Positions 59,877-64,000 of a stretch of DNA of 64,000 nucleotides are shown here, piece by piece. The stretch's first letter is position 1; each line of letters begins with the position of its first letter. Both the position numbers and the translations under genes were made by a program. This stretch comes from Gemmatimonadota bacterium (GTDB lineage: Bacteria > Gemmatimonadota > Gemmatimonadetes > Longimicrobiales > Gaopeijiaceae), in contig JAGWBP010000007.1 in NCBI GenBank assembly GCA_021295835.1, positions 36,095 through 100,094 of the forward strand, written 5' to 3'. The notes under the pieces were generated by a model. That model had not been told where the DNA came from, did not search any database, and was given only the letters and a program-made list of their open reading frames with translations.

Positions 59877-62791
59877 CCAGTCAGGGCCTTGGTCACAATC
59901 CGGCGTTGGGCCACGGCATGGTTGTGGGGATTGCCCTCGGCGGGGCTGGCCCGCTCTGGTCTTGATGCGTGCCGCAAGCGGATCTTGGAGGGCAGCAGCG
60001 ACCGCAGGCGGGGGATGATGTAGGTGAGGGCGCCCATGTTCATCGGCTCTTCCTGGGCCCATACGACCGTTTCGAGAAGCGGATAGCGCCCCACGAGCGC
60101 ACTCAGCGCGTTGGCCGGGAAGGGGTAGAGCGCCTCGACGCGCGCGATTGCGACCGGGTCTGGAGCGGGCTCCGTCTTCTGGTCCGATTGTGGCCGCTCC
60201 CTGGCGGAGATCAGGTCGTAGTAGACCTTGCCAGAGCAGAGCACCAGACGGCGGAGACGGCTCGCCTCTGCCGCCGAGAGCGTAGGGTCTGGGATCACTG
60301 GCAGGAAGCGCCCCCCGGTAAGCTCCCGGACCGGCGACTTGGCACGAGGGTGGCGCAGAAGGCTCTTGGGCGTCATCGCGATCAGCGGGCGCTCCGGCTC
60401 GCTAACGGCCTGGAGGCGTAGCATGTGGAAGTACTGCGCGGGCGTCGTGGGGTAGACTACTCGCATGTTGTCTTCGGCGCAGAGCTGGAGGAAGCGCTCC
60501 AGGCGGGCGCTCGAGTGCTCTGGGCCCTGGCCCTCGTAGCCGTGCGGCAGGAGCAGCGTTAGGCGCGAGCGCTGTCCCCACTTCGACCATCCGGCCGAGA
60601 GGAACTGGTCGATCATGACCTGCGCGACATTCACGAAGTCCCCGAACTGGGCCTCCCAAAGCACGAGGTCCCGCTCGGATGCAACCGCGAATCCGTACTC
60701 GAAGCCGATCGTCGCGGCCTCGGTGAGCGGGGAGTTGTAGATCTCGACGCGGGTGTCCGAGAGCTCCGCCAAGGGTGAGTGCCGGGCTCCGGTCCTGGCA
60801 TCCCTGAGGACTATGTGGCGGTGGCTGAAGGTCCCCCGCTCGGTGTCTTGGCCCGTCAGCCTGATCGGGATGCCGTCGTTCAGGAGCGACCCAATTGCCA
60901 GAGCCTCGGCGTGGGCCCACGAGACCTCGAAGCCGAGCCCGAAGGACTCGCCCCGTCCCCGCCGCTGGCGCGCCAGCTTAGGGTGCACCGAAAAGCCCTG
61001 GGGAACCGCGAGTAGCGCCTCGTTGATGCGCTCGATCTCCCGGAGACCGACGCCCGTGTCCCTCTGAAAGTCCTGGTCGACGGCGCTGTAGCTCGGCACC
61101 GTCCAGGGCGGGGCCGCGCGTCTCGACGCCTTCTCGCGGCCGTCCTGCACCGCACGCAGCTGCTCGGCCATCAGGGCGACCTTCTCGTCCGCCTCTGCGG
61201 CCGTGACGAGGCCGCGCCCCAGCAGCTCGGCCGCCCACTGCTGGCGCACGGTCGGGTGGTCGGCGATCCAGCGGTAGAGGACGGGCTGCGTGTACCCGGG
61301 CTCGTCGCCCTCGTTGTGGCCGTGGCGCCGGTAGCCCACGAGGTCGATCACCGTGTCGCCGCCGAAGCGGGCCCGGTACGCCATCGCCAGACGCACCGCC
61401 GCCAGGCACTCCTCGGCCGCGTCGCCGTTGGCGTGGATGACGGGGATATCGTACCCCTTGGCCAGATCGCTCGCGTACCGGGTCGAGCGGCCGTCGTGCG
61501 GATCGGTGGTGAAGCCGACCTGGTTGTTGGCGATGATGTGCACCGTGCCGCCGACTTCGTAGCCCTTCAGGCGCGCTAGGTTGAGCGTCTCGGCCACGAC
61601 TCCCTCGGCGGCGAAGGCGGCGTCTCCATGGATGAGGATCGGCACCACGAGCGCCGGGTCCCGGCCTTCCGCTCCGCCGTGCGTCTGCTCGGCCCGCGAC
61701 ATCCCCAGGATGACGGGGTTCACGAACTCGAGATGGCTCGGATTCGGGGCGAGCACGACCTTGACCGTGCCACCCCCACGAAGCGGGTAGTCGCCTGCCG
61801 CGCCGTGGTGGTACTTCACGTCGCCAGTGCCGGGATCCGGGACCCAGAGCGTGCTCCCCGGCGCCGCGCCCTCCTCGAATTCGGCCAGGATCTCGGCGTA
61901 CGACACCCCCATGATGTGCTTGAGCACGTTGAGTCGACCGCGGTGCGCCATCCCGACGACCACCTTCCCGGCACCCGCCCGGGCCGCGAGCTCGATCGCT
62001 TCGTCGAGCATCGGGATCAGCATGTCGGTCCCCTCGATCGAGAAGCGCTTCTGTCCCAGGTACGCCCGGTGCAGGAACTGCTCGAGCCCTTCGACCTGCG
62101 TGAGCCGGTCCAGCGTGCGTACCCGGTCTTCGTCGCCGTAGTCGGCGAAGTGGCAGCCGCGTTCCACCTGATCCCAGAGCCAGGCGACCTTCTCCGGGTC
62201 CTCGAGGTGTTCGAATTCGTAGCCCAGATCGCCCCCGTAGATCGCCTTGAGGCGGTCGAGAGTGGAGGCGAGGGGGGCATCTCCGCCTTCGGGGAAGAGC
62301 ACCGAAGTGGGGATCTCCTCCAGCTCCTCCATGGTGGTGCCGAAGTACGCCGGGTCGAGCTGTGGGTGGCCCCGAGGACCGCTGCCGAGCGGATCGATGC
62401 GGGCCGCCTGGTGGCCGTGCTCGCGAAAGGCGTGCAGAAGGCGCGATGCTCGGGCGACTAGCGAGAGGAGCCGAGAGTCCGGTGGAGTTGGTTCGACGCC
62501 CGCTTCTTCGCGACTGGAATCGGCTTGCGGAGACTCCGCTGGCGCCCCGGGGGGCTGCACCCCGGTGATCTGGGCCGAGCGGGCGGTCGGCGGTGCCTCC
62601 GGGGGGGCAACCGGAGCGCCACCCCGTCGGCGGGGGATCTCCAAGACTAGGAGACCAGCCGCCGCCAGCTCCCGCGAATGAGTCTCGAAGTACTCGCGCC
62701 ACTCGGGCGACAGAGCCTCCGGATCACGGGTGAAGTCCTCGTAGAGCGCCTGCACGTAGGCCGCGTTCTGCACATCGAAGTAGCCGCTCAT
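59873..62791 (-). CDS. sucA: 2-oxoglutarate dehydrogenase E1 component
   Basis: I chose ATG 62791 (MSGYFDVQNAAYVQALYEDFTRDPEALSPEWREYF, the canonical SucA N-terminus). It is 972 aa with TPP-dependent E1o similarity throughout. Confidence 0.9.
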   Translation of the reverse strand: MSGYFDVQNAAYVQALYEDFTRDPEALSPEWREYFETHSRELAAAGLLVLEIPRRRGGAPVAPPEAPPTARSAQITGVQPPGAPAESPQADSSREEAGVEPTPPDSRLLSLVARASRLLHAFREHGHQAARIDPLGSGPRGHPQLDPAYFGTTMEELEEIPTSVLFPEGGDAPLASTLDRLKAIYGGDLGYEFEHLEDPEKVAWLWDQVERGCHFADYGDEDRVRTLDRLTQVEGLEQFLHRAYLGQKRFSIEGTDMLIPMLDEAIELAARAGAGKVVVGMAHRGRLNVLKHIMGVSYAEILAEFEEGAAPGSTLWVPDPGTGDVKYHHGAAGDYPLRGGGTVKVVLAPNPSHLEFVNPVILGMSRAEQTHGGAEGRDPALVVPILIHGDAAFAAEGVVAETLNLARLKGYEVGGTVHIIANNQVGFTTDPHDGRSTRYASDLAKGYDIPVIHANGDAAEECLAAVRLAMAYRARFGGDTVIDLVGYRRHGHNEGDEPGYTQPVLYRWIADHPTVRQQWAAELLGRGLVTAAEADEKVALMAEQLRAVQDGREKASRRAAPPWTVPSYSAVDQDFQRDTGVGLREIERINEALLAVPQGFSVHPKLARQRRGRGESFGLGFEVSWAHAEALAIGSLLNDGIPIRLTGQDTERGTFSHRHIVLRDARTGARHSPLAELSDTRVEIYNSPLTEAATIGFEYGFAVASERDLVLWEAQFGDFVNVAQVMIDQFLSAGWSKWGQRSRLTLLLPHGYEGQGPEHSSARLERFLQLCAEDNMRVVYPTTPAQYFHMLRLQAVSEPERPLIAMTPKSLLRHPRAKSPVRELTGGRFLPVIPDPTLSAAEASRLRRLVLCSGKVYYDLISARERPQSDQKTEPAPDPVAIARVEALYPFPANALSALVGRYPLLETVVWAQEEPMNMGALTYIIPRLRSLLPSKIRLRHASRPERASPAEGNPHNHAVAQRRIVTKALTG

Positions 62792-63044
62792 CGTGTGGAG
62801 AAAGCTACCACCAATCCACGGCCTGCGTAACGTCGGCGCCACGGCTGTCCCCGACGGTCACGACAGGTTGCGCAAGACTACCGCGCAAGAGCTGCGGTTG
62901 CACGGCGAGATGGTGAAGGTGGCTGGGACCAAGGTGTCTCCCAGCGGTGACGCCAGGGGCGCGGAGCGGCCACGCGCAATAGCTTTGGAGGGAGGGTCGG
63001 CACGACACGACGACGGTCCATCACTTCACACTACGAGGTTGTCC

Positions 63045-64000
63045 ATGCCTTCGCAGCCACTGGGTGCGCCCCCGCATCGCACTTCGATTTCCCTGCACTC
63101 GATGTGCACCATCCTGCTCCTGGCAGTAGCCGGGCCCCTCTCGCCCGCGAGTGGGCAGGCCTTCGGCCGCGCGCTCCTAGTAGCCGACGACCAGGTGCTG
63201 GTCGGCGAGGCGAACCACGGGCGCGTACCGGGCACGGTCTGGGGGTACGCATCGACCGACGGCGATTGGGAGCTCCGCGGCAAGCTCCAGGGACCGGCTG
63301 CCCAGACGAACGACCGCTTCGGCACCTCGCTGGCCCAGATCGGCGATCTACTCTTCATCGGCGCGGGGAGCGGCGAGAACGCGGTCGTGCACATCTACCG
63401 GATCGCAGAGATCTGGCACGATGGCGCGGCTCCTCTCCAGACCCTCGCCGTGGCCGGTTGGAAGGGGTTGGGGGCGATGCTGGCCGCATCTGGTGACGAG
63501 CTCCTCGCGGTCGGCCGCTCCCCCGACGGAGCTTGGGAGCTGGCCTCCTTCCGGAGCGGCAACGACGGGGTATGGTCGCAGGTGGCTACTATGGCGCTAC
63601 CCTCCGACGAGGTCACCTTGGCCGCCGAGGGCGGAGTGCTGGCCATGGGGCTCCCCGGTGTAGACGCTGGCCAGGTGCTGCTCCACACCCGGGGCAGCGA
63701 CGGGGAGTGGAGCGTGGCCACGACGCTCGACGGGGCGGCCCTTACGGAACCAGAGCGCGGCTTCGGCCGGGCCGTCGCCATACACGGGGGCAGCGTGGTG
63801 GTGGGCGGTCGCGGTGGGGCGTACGAGTACTCGCGGGTGGACGGGGAGTGGATGCTTGCAGGGGGTTGGCCCCAGCTTGCCGAAGCCAATGGCACCCTTG
63901 CCGTCGGGTCCGCGAGCGCAATCGCCCTCGGTGCGCATGTAGCGCTGCTGGGTTATCCGTCGGCCGACTTCGGGACGGGTTCCGTCGCCGTGCTGGCCGA
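63045..64000 (+). CDS. Secreted repeat protein, FG-GAP/beta-propeller-like (partial, runs off the window)
   Basis: This ORF is not in the supplied track because it has no stop in the window. My manual translation from ATG 63045 is open to the window end, with GC3-rich codons. It has a signal peptide (MCTILLLAVAGPLSPASGQA) and recurring ...FG.ALA..GD.L.VGA...G.V.VY...DG.W... units. Confidence 0.5.
   Translation, partial: MPSQPLGAPPHRTSISLHSMCTILLLAVAGPLSPASGQAFGRALLVADDQVLVGEANHGRVPGTVWGYASTDGDWELRGKLQGPAAQTNDRFGTSLAQIGDLLFIGAGSGENAVVHIYRIAEIWHDGAAPLQTLAVAGWKGLGAMLAASGDELLAVGRSPDGAWELASFRSGNDGVWSQVATMALPSDEVTLAAEGGVLAMGLPGVDAGQVLLHTRGSDGEWSVATTLDGAALTEPERGFGRAVAIHGGSVVVGGRGGAYEYSRVDGEWMLAGGWPQLAEANGTLAVGSASAIALGAHVALLGYPSADFGTGSVAVLA

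Overview
This is a visibly GC-rich chromosomal segment (GC not computed) from a diderm bacterium. The evidence for a diderm envelope is TolQ/R/A-like/B, a TonB-dependent receptor, LpxL- and MsbA-like genes, and many lipobox lipoproteins. The gene content (6-bladed beta-propeller lipoproteins, DUF2723, a PorX-like regulator, DUF1080 operons) weakly suggests a Gemmatimonadota-like lineage, but that is only an inference. I support about 54 protein-coding genes, one tRNA-Pro(GGG) and two decayed genes. I saw no rRNA, CRISPR array, integrase, transposase or recognisable defence system.

Main gene blocks:
- fumC-queD.
- A tightly coupled envelope operon: TonB-like, receiver-PglZ regulator, MsbA-like ABC exporter, LpxL-family acyltransferase, GT2-DUF3108 fusion, ICMT-like methyltransferase.
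- fabV and an AlkA-like glycosylase.
- An outer-membrane-barrel gene with two paralogous HExxH lipoprotein metalloproteases, next to the tRNA.
- An MFS / Gfo-Idh-MocA / xylose-isomerase-like / DUF1080 sugar operon.
- A GPP34 + TonB-dependent-receptor pair.
- A secreted ComEC-type MBL/lamin-tail protein with DUF3006.
- A Tol cluster.
- A binding protein, a HAMP-only sensor and an OFA transporter.
- sucA and a threonine dehydratase.

The most unusual signals are non-coding or at the gene-structure level:
1. A 39-bp AT-rich composite motif, TGTAA-N16-TGTAA-N8-T(T/G)ACA, occurs four times with identical spacing.
2. A mosaic family of dispersed intergenic repeats occupies at least 11 loci. Copies often carry the stop codons of flanking genes, and two direct copies bracket the tRNA-Pro/protease block.
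3. Two CTGA stop/start junctions sit where conserved protein sequence begins with no canonical start codon.

No single gene cluster can be claimed as a new system from sequence alone. The candidates are listed in the findings with calibrated interest scores.
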